Positions 40,126 through 49,766 of a stretch of 64,000 nt of DNA are shown one piece after another. The translations under genes and the position numbers were made by a program. The DNA comes from a virus. Its lineage: Duplodnaviria > Caudoviricetes. Under the pieces are notes generated by a model, which was given only the letters and a program-made list of their open reading frames with translations, ran no database searches and was not told the DNA's origin. The stretch spans positions 128,001-192,000 of the IMG/VR virus record IMGVR_UViG_3300011008_000016; one strand, written 5' to 3'. Every line of letters begins with the position of its first letter. The first letter of the stretch is position 1.

Positions 40126-42513
40126 ATGAAATTAGTTAAGGTACGCGATAACCGAAATCGCCCTATAAATAACCTTGATGTTATGGTCGGAGCCATCTTT
40201 GGTGATGAAGTTCCGAAGGAATTTATCGTTGACAAATACTATCATGCAGGCGAACGGGTTTATAGTTTTGATTCTAAAGGACATCTGAATGTCTGGATTT
40301 GTAACATCAGCGGTAAGTTTAAGGCTTGTAAAGAGCCGAACTTTTCTGAGTGGTCCATTAATTCGGTAATCAATGAAGCTCAGGATAAACTCAAAGGCTT
40401 AACTGTAGAGAGTAATGTTGATGCACTGATGTATATCAGCAATTCTGGTATTACTCCGAGGAATGACTATGCTGAGTATGATGGTCAGGCTCATTTCAAT
40501 GCATTTGTGAATGACTTTGATTTGAACAACTATAACGGCAGGGATGATATCGTGGATATCTATCTGCGTCGGGAACACTCTGACCATTATCTTAGGAAAG
40601 AAGATTATCAGTTCCATGGTGGAGAGATTAGTGTATCTCTTCCACTTGAGGATATGGTTGATGAAGTCAATATTGACACGAAGTTTCTTCCTGTTGGATA
40701 TATTATCAGTAATGAGCAGATGCAAACGAAGCCGTATTGGTATAGTGAAGACAGGACAGCTAAAACATATGACTATGGTGAAAACGGCATTCAGATAACA
40801 GATTATGATGTCGTTACAGAGATGGGTAAATCTATCGAGTTTGGTTATAAGGTAGCTGATTTCAAGATTACCAACGTACATACCGTCGTTGGTTCTCCGT
40901 TGAATGCTCAGTTAGCGAAACCCGTTTATCGTCTCGATGATTTTGAGATCGAATCCCATGACCCGATTGGAAACAATGTAAACGATGAAGAAAATCGGGT
41001 GATTACGTTCCGTGTAGATATTGAGCCGGACAGAGATATTTACGACATCATTCAGGTTGAATTCTCTAAGGCTACTCAATTAGTATCTATACATTCTCAA
41101 AACGGATATGTCCAGCAGGTAAAATGCAACGTAACAGTCCGCAAGGATAAACCGCTTAGTATCTTTATGATAGGGAGCAAGGCGAATAGTCCTCTGACAA
41201 GATTCATCAAAGTATTGGATGAATATGGAACTGTTGTAGAGCAGGATGGTGAACATTTGGTTCGCATTCCAAGGTTTGATTTACTTCGTTTCAATAGTTT
41301 TGAGTTTGAACTCTACGTTAATCGTATCTTCCGTAGCGATTACGAAGAAGTATTGGACGAAGAGACAGGGGAACTCTACATTCGGATGCTTGATGATACT
41401 GATATTGATTGGGACAAAGATACCTTCTTATTCCATATCTTCTATAGTATTACTCAGAGAGCAGCCATTATCAAAACGCATGACCAGCAGGAAGTAACTT
41501 CTGATAAAGAGGCGTTCCGGTTAATGCTTAGTGCATCTTATATCAATAAGTTCCAATGGATGAAAATGAGGGAAGATTCGAAATTAGTACCTCCTGAGTT
41601 CACGGTTGGTAGTAAGAATACAGCAAGTATTACAGACCCGGAACATTACTTACAAATTGGTCAAACACTAAAAGCCGATGTATTCACCATGGTATTTAGG
41701 GATGATATCTCTCGTAGGTCTGGAAGTATGACAGACCTTTGCAACTCGGAGTCTTATCCTATCATGAGTGATACAAAGGAACTTGTCGTTCCTTTCACAG
41801 ATTATGACCCGATTTATGATGATTTCATTATTTTCAAGTCGGGTGGTGTACTGGTAAGTGCATCCAAATGGTATCTGAATGGAGACCATGTGAACTTGTA
41901 TGTTCACGAGAACCCTCTGAAAGATGGAGATTATGTAGATTTCCGTCTGTTAGACAGAGATGATACAGTTAGGGTTGACAACTACTTCTTTAATGTAGAT
42001 GATACTGAACTTACTGTTGATACAGGTCTTGACCTGTCAAATACGGCGTTCTACATGTTGTTTACTATCAGCGGTGAGTACATTAGTCAATCTAAGTATA
42101 CAATTGAACATAGTGAATCTGGTGATATCATCCGATTTAAGGAAGAATCAGAGGACTGTGACCAGCCTTATCTCCCGGACTTCGGGTCAAGAGTAGAATT
42201 GGTCGTAGGAGTGTATAAGCAGTCTTATAGTAGAACGCTTTACAAAATGATTCAAATTGTGGCAACGGATGAGGGACAGAGAGAATTTTATCTGGATGAG
42301 TCGGTAGAATACAATCCGTCATCAGACAACTTGTTAATCTTCAGGAAGGATGGGTTGTATATTGGCGAGCGGTTCTACCATACAGACCAAGAAACCGGAA
42401 AGATAGTTATTGATAAAGGTTCTGGAGTTCCCCTCGGTAGTTACATTGACATCTTACTGATACGGAATATGTCCGTAAAGGTAGTGCCTGGAACGGAAGA
42501 GGAAGGAGAGTAA
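40126..42513 (+). CDS. virion structural protein (tail/baseplate-like)
   Basis: 795 aa; repeated LYVN/IFK.GG/FRKDG beta units; same operon. Confidence 0.7.
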   Translation: MKLVKVRDNRNRPINNLDVMVGAIFGDEVPKEFIVDKYYHAGERVYSFDSKGHLNVWICNISGKFKACKEPNFSEWSINSVINEAQDKLKGLTVESNVDALMYISNSGITPRNDYAEYDGQAHFNAFVNDFDLNNYNGRDDIVDIYLRREHSDHYLRKEDYQFHGGEISVSLPLEDMVDEVNIDTKFLPVGYIISNEQMQTKPYWYSEDRTAKTYDYGENGIQITDYDVVTEMGKSIEFGYKVADFKITNVHTVVGSPLNAQLAKPVYRLDDFEIESHDPIGNNVNDEENRVITFRVDIEPDRDIYDIIQVEFSKATQLVSIHSQNGYVQQVKCNVTVRKDKPLSIFMIGSKANSPLTRFIKVLDEYGTVVEQDGEHLVRIPRFDLLRFNSFEFELYVNRIFRSDYEEVLDEETGELYIRMLDDTDIDWDKDTFLFHIFYSITQRAAIIKTHDQQEVTSDKEAFRLMLSASYINKFQWMKMREDSKLVPPEFTVGSKNTASITDPEHYLQIGQTLKADVFTMVFRDDISRRSGSMTDLCNSESYPIMSDTKELVVPFTDYDPIYDDFIIFKSGGVLVSASKWYLNGDHVNLYVHENPLKDGDYVDFRLLDRDDTVRVDNYFFNVDDTELTVDTGLDLSNTAFYMLFTISGEYISQSKYTIEHSESGDIIRFKEESEDCDQPYLPDFGSRVELVVGVYKQSYSRTLYKMIQIVATDEGQREFYLDESVEYNPSSDNLLIFRKDGLYIGERFYHTDQETGKIVIDKGSGVPLGSYIDILLIRNMSVKVVPGTEEEGE

Positions 42514-42518
42514 ATGAA

Positions 42519-43166
42519 ATGACTTTTATCGAGAAACTGAAATGGCTATTTTCTGGCGAATCAGAGTTACCTGAAACAAAAAACAATCAATTTAATGGGG
42601 TTGCGGGAAACCGCACCCCATATGATAAGAATGGTGAGGTTTCTGAGATGAGTAATGAGGATTTTATCAAGATATTGATGAAGCATCCTATATTCACAGA
42701 ACTCAGAGAATGGAGTGAGTATCGAACAAAGATACTTGCCATTGAAGACCGCATCAAACGAAACATGGCAAAGTATTATCTTGAAATTTTCTTCGGAAAA
42801 CTTCAGGATGCTATCAAAAAGGTAGTGATTGAGCATGATACCTATCTTAATGATACAGTGGCACTTAATAACCTACTAATCGAAACGATCAACGATGTGC
42901 AACAAACTGCACTCGCTGGTGGTGTACCGGAAGTATTTCTGGATAAGTTTACGAATTATCTGTATACACAGACAAAGATTCTAGACTCAACTTACAGAGA
43001 TTTGGACAGGTTCGATTACTATAATACGAATATTGCCCGAGCAACTGTCAGATTGGACTTAGAGTTTTTAACAATTCGGAATATAACATCAGAAGTCGAA
43101 ACAGTGATAAATGGAATGAACGGTGAACTGCGGTTGGCATTGGAGGGATCGATATTCGATAATTAA
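42519..43166 (+). CDS. hypothetical protein
   Basis: 215 aa; GGAG RBS. Confidence 0.75.
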   Translation: MTFIEKLKWLFSGESELPETKNNQFNGVAGNRTPYDKNGEVSEMSNEDFIKILMKHPIFTELREWSEYRTKILAIEDRIKRNMAKYYLEIFFGKLQDAIKKVVIEHDTYLNDTVALNNLLIETINDVQQTALAGGVPEVFLDKFTNYLYTQTKILDSTYRDLDRFDYYNTNIARATVRLDLEFLTIRNITSEVETVINGMNGELRLALEGSIFDN

Positions 43167-43193
43167 AGTAGTAAGAAAGGGGGATAAACTATC

Positions 43194-43775
43194 ATGCACT
43201 TTTTATCTCAACTGGTAACGAAGTATAACTTCTATCCAATACTTGCTACCGCTACAACCAATGCAGTAAAAACAGATCCAGAAATTACTGGAATGGCTTC
43301 TCTATTAACTGAATATGGTGTACAAGTTATTATTGTAGCGATGATGCTGTTTTTCATGTGGAAGCATATGAATAACGTTATCAAACGAGACAATAAACTA
43401 TTTGAAGGGGTCACCCCTCAATTGGAGGCAATCAGTAAAGCAATCTCAGCAATGGATGCTAACGTAAGTAGTCTGATTAGCAGTCATAATACCCATGCAA
43501 ATCAATCTATGAGAGCATTGGAAAAAGACCAAGAGGACATGAGGTCATTGTTACTTAGTGAACAAGACCAAATTCGAAATATTGCTAGTCAGCTTACTGT
43601 ATTAAATAGCAGTATGGAGGTTTTGTTCCATCATGTATTATCCATGAGTAGTGGTACATATATGATGGGTAGACAGTTACCGAAATATACAGATGTTTCG
43701 GCGGTTGACGGAGACCAAATGAATGAACACTATGATATACATCCGAGTGAAAGCTCGAATGAAGATAAAAAATAA
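43194..43775 (+). CDS. single-TM coiled-coil protein (holin/BhlA-like?)
   Basis: YGVQVIIVAMMLFFMW TM then heptads; end of late operon. Confidence 0.55.
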   Translation: MHFLSQLVTKYNFYPILATATTNAVKTDPEITGMASLLTEYGVQVIIVAMMLFFMWKHMNNVIKRDNKLFEGVTPQLEAISKAISAMDANVSSLISSHNTHANQSMRALEKDQEDMRSLLLSEQDQIRNIASQLTVLNSSMEVLFHHVLSMSSGTYMMGRQLPKYTDVSAVDGDQMNEHYDIHPSESSNEDKK

Positions 43776-43859
43776 AGTAAGAAACCAAAATAAGCAGGTT
43801 GGGAATATGTTACATCCCAGCCTGCTTACGTTTCGTCAATAGATCCTTAATAGTACACT

Positions 43860-44060
43860 TTAGTTTATAACACCTCGAATTGCATCCATAATTTCAAAGT
43901 GAGACACTTGTTGAAAGAAAGTCCTGTAATCATTGACACAAGCAATCTTTGCATAATTACGGCGGCACCACTCAATAGCAGCATTCTCATCCTTAAAAGA
44001 TTTATCTTGCCATTCTGTGTCAAGTGCAGAAGAGCCATACAACACTTTTAGTTTTAACAT
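43860..44060 (-). CDS. small hypothetical protein
   Basis: AAGGAGG RBS. Confidence 0.7.
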   Translation of the reverse strand: MLKLKVLYGSSALDTEWQDKSFKDENAAIEWCRRNYAKIACVNDYRTFFQQVSHFEIMDAIRGVIN

Positions 44061-44071
44061 GTCATCCTCCT

Positions 44072-44695
44072 TTATTGTTGTTCTATGTACGGATATTTGG
44101 AAGCATCCACTTTCCCATCTTTAGAGACAATGTAATTGGATTTGTTCCACTCACCTGCCCAGAAATGATAGAATTCCACGTTCATGTTATACATATCGAC
44201 TTTATTCTTCAGTTCTATTTTATTCGTATCAATATTTCCGATTGCATAAAGAACCATATTATCGCATTTAATCTCAGGATATTTATCAAGGAAAGCATAT
44301 AGATTCTTTACACTTTCCTTTCTATCATCCTTCTGAAAATCCTGCTTCGTAGGAAATAACTTCTTAAATACTCGTTTGATGACTTCATCGTCACAGCCAT
44401 TGACAGCTTCAACCGTATATTGATACAGTTCATCAGAAAGTTCATACTGATCATTACGAATCTCTTCAATACTATCCGATTGAAGTGCCAGCACTGTATC
44501 ATAACTTCTTACCTGTTGTGTAATCGTGTTGTATTCGGTTTCCTGTGTTTTCATATCGAATTTATGAAGCCCATATATCAAAACTCCTACGAAAGCAAGT
44601 AAAATAAATGCTCCAACCAGCGTAGAATCTATATGAATCATCTTACGCTGTTTGTATTTCATGGCTTTATTGAATCTTCTCTGATACCTATTCAT
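44072..44695 (-). CDS. LemA-like membrane protein
   Basis: N-terminal TM, YN after TM, LYAFLDKYPEIK...YN.NV..Y resembles LemA L.A..E.YP.LK...YN..V..YN. Confidence 0.55.
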   Translation of the reverse strand: MNRYQRRFNKAMKYKQRKMIHIDSTLVGAFILLAFVGVLIYGLHKFDMKTQETEYNTITQQVRSYDTVLALQSDSIEEIRNDQYELSDELYQYTVEAVNGCDDEVIKRVFKKLFPTKQDFQKDDRKESVKNLYAFLDKYPEIKCDNMVLYAIGNIDTNKIELKNKVDMYNMNVEFYHFWAGEWNKSNYIVSKDGKVDASKYPYIEQQ

Positions 44696-44728
44696 TAGTG
44701 ACTCCTTTCCTTAGTTGAACAATTTATT

Positions 44729-44927
44729 AAGGGTTGTCCGGCAAGTTGGTTTCCGTGGGTACACCGCAAACAAAGCGTTACAGTTTTTTCATTGAAAAAT
44801 ATCTCCCTATATTCTTGCCAAACGTCTTCGTAGAGAGATGCCTCCGATTAAAGATAGAGATTGCGTATATAGCCGGGCAACCTACAGAAAGTTAGATGCA
44901 TACGGGAAGAAATTTCCGTATGCATCT
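44729..44927 (+). ncRNA. candidate ~155-nt end-paired RNA plus terminator
   Basis: AACA-N6-TA at 44718-44729; 12-bp stem 44731-44742/44872-44883 with G-U pairs valid only on +; terminator 44894-44927. Confidence 0.62.
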
Positions 44928-44937
44928 TTCTAAACTG

Positions 44938-46434
44938 TTAAATATTGCAGTATGCATAAAGACCTGCAATACTATCTTTAAACGGTGCCGTGTCCATATC
45001 GAATCGTCCGTCGTTATGCGACACGAACATGTTACTTCGTGGATTATTGAGTTTGTAATATTCCTCTCCAATCTTTCCCAACTTATGACAGAAGATATTC
45101 ATGATATCACCGTCAAAATCTGCATTGGGCTTACCAAGGATATATGGAGGAATACCCATACAATAGTCCGTTATGTCGTTAGACAATTTCGATACCCTCA
45201 TTGTACTATACGAGCCATAATTAATGGATGGATTACGGTCGATAGACATATAAAGGTTGTTATGATCCATGAGGTGCAACATAAGCTCGTAAATTCGATT
45301 GTTATATACAACCGAAGCTTCCGACAACATATCCCATGCATACGGATAATCTTTCTGATACAAATCATGAATCATGGCAACCAATTCCATCTTATACAGT
45401 TCAATGAAAGTGGTATAACCAAGACCAATCTGGTCTGCTCTGAGTTCTGGGTCAGGTACAATAACATTTCGACCTGTGTAGTTAAGGCGCCCACCCAAAA
45501 TCTGTTCGTTAATAATTCCTTCTTTTCTCTTTATCGTATCAAAGGACATTTCCCATAATTCATTTACATATCTTTGTATACGATAAAGTATATTCTCCTT
45601 ACGTAAATATGCTGTATCTTTTTTCCGACCGGCTCGATAATCAACTCTCCGTTTCCATTCGAAATCATCATTCAGAAGCATATGGTCACTGAATAACTTC
45701 TGAAAGATTTTATCTTCGTCCGAATACCGGATATCACCATTCCGAACCATCCATTTCCTTAGAAGCATATTGTAGCAGGGAATACAATGTACAAATACTT
45801 CATCTCGCCGAATTCTGAAGAATTCGTATCCGTCATGTTTCTTATTCTTCTTATAATAAGTCTCCAGAATTTCGTCAAACCTCTCGAAGAATTCAATCAT
45901 TCCGATTCCATAAAATGGAGAGGTTTTGTTTGTCATATATTGGGCTCTTTCAGCCTCTGGTACAAAATGAACCATCTCATACAAATGAGCTTTTGTAAAG
46001 AACCACTCAAGTTTCAAGAACATGGCCGGTTGTATAATAAAGTTCCTATCAAGAACAAACCAACCAGTTTTTCTGATTCTTGTATCGATGAATCTTACAG
46101 GTGTTCCACATACCGGACAAACTGTTTCAGAGTCCATATATCGACGACCTATTAAATGACCGCATGAACAACTGAATCTATCCTCAAATGCATTATCATC
46201 ACGCCAATCTGTTCCATACAATGGCGAATGAATCGAATATAGTCCGGGGTCCAAATCCAAATCGGTTTTTCCTTTCTCTGTGATTCGAAATCCGATTCCT
46301 GTTATCAGTTCTTCTTTGCAACGACTATCCCAATCCGAGATAATAATTCGAAATCTTGGATTACAAATCGTTGCCCCATCTTTCGTCATTTTGTGGGGAG
46401 CGTCTAATCTTTCCCCAGTTAAATACGTGGGCAT
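44938..46434 (-). CDS. rpoC: RNA polymerase beta' N-terminal part with catalytic motif (probably non-virion RNAP)
   Basis: Zn finger CSCG...CPVCG, KEG.I...ILGGRLNYTGRNVI.P, RNPS, NADFDGD. Confidence 0.95.
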   Translation of the reverse strand: MPTYLTGERLDAPHKMTKDGATICNPRFRIIISDWDSRCKEELITGIGFRITEKGKTDLDLDPGLYSIHSPLYGTDWRDDNAFEDRFSCSCGHLIGRRYMDSETVCPVCGTPVRFIDTRIRKTGWFVLDRNFIIQPAMFLKLEWFFTKAHLYEMVHFVPEAERAQYMTNKTSPFYGIGMIEFFERFDEILETYYKKNKKHDGYEFFRIRRDEVFVHCIPCYNMLLRKWMVRNGDIRYSDEDKIFQKLFSDHMLLNDDFEWKRRVDYRAGRKKDTAYLRKENILYRIQRYVNELWEMSFDTIKRKEGIINEQILGGRLNYTGRNVIVPDPELRADQIGLGYTTFIELYKMELVAMIHDLYQKDYPYAWDMLSEASVVYNNRIYELMLHLMDHNNLYMSIDRNPSINYGSYSTMRVSKLSNDITDYCMGIPPYILGKPNADFDGDIMNIFCHKLGKIGEEYYKLNNPRSNMFVSHNDGRFDMDTAPFKDSIAGLYAYCNI

Positions 46435-46627
46435 AATGATTTCCCTCCTTTAACTTTCATGTAACATAATGCATATGTTATTCTTTTGTCCTCCTTTCCT
46501 TGGTTTTTAATATATAAATAATATTTTATCAAGTCTATTACATATTTTTAGAGGGAAATTAATCCCTTTATATCGTAATTCTTGTTTTAAAATTACACTT
46601 GTATATAAAAGTTGGAGGTTAAAAAAG

Positions 46628-46879
46628 ATGTCTAATGGAGCAATGCTCGAAAGGGCAAGAAAACTTGTGTTTGATTGGTACCGTGAAAGAGGAAACAACG
46701 ATTTATCATTTGACAATGTTTACGTTGTCTGGTTCTGCAAAACACTTCAGAATTGGAAGGCTCTGGTATCAACGGATGAACCGGACCACCGGTACTTTGA
46801 GATTACTCATAACGGCGTGGCAAATGAGACCTACCTCGATTCCTATATAAAAGAGGAGAATCGGGTATTTAAAGTTTGA
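46628..46879 (+). CDS. DUF6275-family protein
   Basis: VYVVWFCKTLQNWKALVST...YFEIT.NG...E.YLD.Y. Confidence 0.85.
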   Translation: MSNGAMLERARKLVFDWYRERGNNDLSFDNVYVVWFCKTLQNWKALVSTDEPDHRYFEITHNGVANETYLDSYIKEENRVFKV

Positions 46880-47310
46880 AACTACATATACAAAAAAGTA
46901 ATCGGGGAGTCTTTATCACTCCACCGATTACTTCCCGAACTATATTATGTTATCGTTCAGCGATACGTCGGATGGAAATGATAGTCCATCGACGAATCAT
47001 TCTGAAAAGGCACATAATATGTTGGAGGTAACGCCCGATTAACCCTGGTGGTAGCAGGGTTAATGGAAGTCCCATACTGGAGGCGATTGATTACGCTCTT
47101 CAGTATGGGATTTTTCGTTCCCATAAAGCATTTAATGTCATTATAATCCTTAGCAGTCATAGTTCCGGTTCTCCTTTCTAAATACTCGATATAGCTTCGC
47201 ATCTCCTTTCTTTTGAATTTATTCATTTATAATACCTCCTCTCAAATTACTTTATCCGCTATATCTAAGTATTTAATATAATTACGAAATCTTTATGAAC
47301 CGGATTTTTT
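46879..47310 (-). repeat. early cassette copy B
   Basis: Terminator 46898-46931, hairpin 47070-47110, leader 47171-47212, promoter 47274-47310. Confidence 0.85.
46957..47226 (-). CDS. small PIL-x7-QYG family protein, copy B (alternative start 47160)
   Basis: NPILKSVINRLQYGTSINPATTRVNRALP; three SD motifs in the leader. Confidence 0.65.
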   Translation of the reverse strand: MNKFKRKEMRSYIEYLERRTGTMTAKDYNDIKCFMGTKNPILKSVINRLQYGTSINPATTRVNRALPPTYYVPFQNDSSMDYHFHPTYR

Positions 47311-47340
47311 TATCTTTTTATTAAACTACAACAAAATATT

Positions 47341-47535
47341 AATCTTGAGGGTTGCTACTCAAGATCCACGAGAAAGGAGGCGTGGTCAAACCTTTTTGTT
47401 TATTTCTACAGAGATTTATTTATCCCTTGAACCCCGTGTATAAATATTTGTAGATTTGGGCATCTTGTTGTTTTGACCATGTGTGGGAAAAGACAGAGAG
47501 TGAGGAATCGTGTCCCTTCACTCTCTGTCTCTTTT
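47341..47535 (+). ncRNA. candidate structured small RNA with AAAGGAGG in a hairpin loop
   Basis: AACA-N6-TA at 47330-47341; hairpins 47342-47365 and 47366-47385; long stem 47382-47390/47472-47480; terminator 47491-47530. Confidence 0.55.
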
Positions 47536-47536
47536 G

Positions 47537-48796
47537 TTACGTATCCCCAAAAATCTTCTCGGGGTCAAGTACGTAAGTACGAACTGTACTATCGTGAGAT
47601 TTCTTCATCTTTGCACGAAGCATCGAATTCGAAACTCTTCCAAACGTAAGTCCTGCATTTTTGATACCAAGTAAATAGTATCTATCTCCAGCGCATCTAT
47701 TGCAGAGCTTTTTCCCAATACAATAATCGGGAACCCGAATTTCAACCGTTTGATTCATGTATTCTGACTGATTGCTGGGTTCTAATCGGATATATTTAGA
47801 ACCTTTCTTAATGAAATGATACAGATAATAATGTATGTTATCCTTTGTTAAGGTAACAGTTGCACATAACCCAGTCTTACAATCTGTATCCTTATCATCC
47901 AAGATGACATCTTGAAACCCAGCAGACAGTTTCTTTGTGACATATCCACATTCTCCAGTACCAATCGCCTTTGGATAAAATCCAGAAACGACAGCGTTTG
48001 CCAAAGATGGGATATTTTCCTTTGGAATACCCTCATACAAAGATTGAGTAACAATCTCAAATTCTCCTTTATGGGCATTCCATATAGGACCTTTGGTACA
48101 TAACCATTGACGATATGCATTATCAAATGATCCTCTGGCACCAGATGAATAGAGCTCATATGCTGGATCATCTTTCAATTCTTCTTCAGCAACCTTTACA
48201 AGCTCATCTTGGATGTGCTTATATACGATTGCATCGTTATTCTCTATTGCTTCTTTATTCTCAGCAAGTAGTTGCTTTTTCTTTGCCATAACTTTCGGAA
48301 GAGGTTTTGCTGTTCTTATGGACAACGATGAACAAATCTGAGTATTTAAGGTAAATGCCAACCAGCAAAGTCGATTCATATATTCGATATACTTCTTTGT
48401 ACATTCACCTGATTCATCTAACATAATTGCCGTAGCAATCATATCATCAATCTTACCCAAACCTTTCTTCGTTATCTCAAAGTTGACATAACCAACTTCT
48501 TTTTGAAAATAAGGCTCAATCAAAAACTTGTTAAAGATGAATAGTCCACAATTTGTGAGAACTTTTTCTTTGTTGAAATATTCTCCAGCAACTAATTCCA
48601 TCTCATCATATGTATTGAATTTCGATGGGATTATTTTTGGTTCCAAAACCCCTGTCTTGGGATTTTTCTTGGCACCATTTGGGTCAACTTTATCCGTAAA
48701 AAGACTGTCGAATAATGTTTGATTGATATCGTCTGGTGTTAGTGCCATGAACATTGCTTTTTCTTCGGCTGTTATCATGCGTTTCTTACGAGCCAT
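47537..48796 (-). CDS. rpoC: RNA polymerase beta' middle part (bridge-helix region; probably virion RNAP)
   Basis: SGARGS, SL.EG, KAIGTGECGYVTKKL (cf. TA.SGYLTRRL), DC.T, R.P.YC...C.RC.G; in late virion operon. Confidence 0.88.
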   Translation of the reverse strand: MARKKRMITAEEKAMFMALTPDDINQTLFDSLFTDKVDPNGAKKNPKTGVLEPKIIPSKFNTYDEMELVAGEYFNKEKVLTNCGLFIFNKFLIEPYFQKEVGYVNFEITKKGLGKIDDMIATAIMLDESGECTKKYIEYMNRLCWLAFTLNTQICSSLSIRTAKPLPKVMAKKKQLLAENKEAIENNDAIVYKHIQDELVKVAEEELKDDPAYELYSSGARGSFDNAYRQWLCTKGPIWNAHKGEFEIVTQSLYEGIPKENIPSLANAVVSGFYPKAIGTGECGYVTKKLSAGFQDVILDDKDTDCKTGLCATVTLTKDNIHYYLYHFIKKGSKYIRLEPSNQSEYMNQTVEIRVPDYCIGKKLCNRCAGDRYYLLGIKNAGLTFGRVSNSMLRAKMKKSHDSTVRTYVLDPEKIFGDT

Positions 48797-48833
48797 AAAA
48801 CCACCACCTTTCTTTGGTTGGCTTCACAACCCA

Positions 48834-49712
48834 TTACGCACTGTACCAACGATAAACAATACTCATATCCTTTTCCATGTGAAGAGGGTCGTTGGTGAAA
48901 TGGCAACAAGAAACCTGGTGTACCTGCTTATAATCAGGTCTACCATCTTCCGTATTGCTCAAGATACCAGAGCAAAGTCCAACCTCATTGAAACGAATTT
49001 CGTCAATGTTATCATAGAGATCAAACCACTCCCTGAAATCATCTTTCTCAATCGTGCAAACACACTCTGCGAAGCACTCGATAGGTGTATCCCGTTCGGA
49101 AGCATAATCTTCCTCAGTAACCGGACTACCATCAACATCCTTAGCAGCATCCTTCCAGAGAGGACGAATGACTGGAGTTCTGGTATATGTTTTCCCGTAG
49201 TATTCATACATACCATTGTTTTCCTTCATCAAGAAGTACTTATCATACTCTTCCATTCCCTCTACGAACGGTTCCTTTACTACTCGGAAAGGAATGATTT
49301 CATTGAGTGTCCTCTGTTGCTGGTATACAGGCTTGATATCCTTACGGGAATCACCACAACCACCAATACCCACAGTCCAAAGGCATATTCCATTTTCCCT
49401 TGGATACTTCTCAGTAATCGTCGGACCATCTGTAGCAATGCTCATAATACTGTTCAAATATTCAACATTTACTTCGCAGTTGACATTGAACATCTTCTCC
49501 AGAGCATAAATGGAACCGGCAAGAAGAATTTCATTATGGCGACGCCTTACAACATTCTCGCCAAGAATACTAAGTCCGGTCATCGGATCAACCGAAGGGA
49601 TGCCTCTTGTAACAATGGCTTCACCACGGAGCATTCCGCCGAACTCATCATACTGATTTCCAAAATCTTTAAGAATCCGAGTGGATTCGTCTACCCTTAA
49701 TAATTTAGGCAT
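48834..49712 (-). CDS. hypothetical protein, probable virion (start corrected from 49745)
   Basis: AAGGAGG RBS before ATG 49712; late-type promoter 49753-49764. Confidence 0.75.
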   Translation of the reverse strand: MPKLLRVDESTRILKDFGNQYDEFGGMLRGEAIVTRGIPSVDPMTGLSILGENVVRRRHNEILLAGSIYALEKMFNVNCEVNVEYLNSIMSIATDGPTITEKYPRENGICLWTVGIGGCGDSRKDIKPVYQQQRTLNEIIPFRVVKEPFVEGMEEYDKYFLMKENNGMYEYYGKTYTRTPVIRPLWKDAAKDVDGSPVTEEDYASERDTPIECFAECVCTIEKDDFREWFDLYDNIDEIRFNEVGLCSGILSNTEDGRPDYKQVHQVSCCHFTNDPLHMEKDMSIVYRWYSA

Positions 49713-49766
49713 TTTATTTTTCCTCCTTACGGTTTTATTTGTCAAAGTAACTTATTTATTTGTGCC

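Noticed and set aside
44072-47310. Chimallin (nuclear shell) gene next to nvRNAP beta' N as in phiKZ
   Set aside because: Neighbours are short unrelated ORFs and RNA candidates; no suitable large ORF here, though it could lie outside the window
48723-49700. 325-aa plus-strand ORF (also 428-829, 23061-23552, 44896-45558, 58903-59514 and similar)
   Set aside because: Antisense shadows of well-supported genes, with no RBS or promoter
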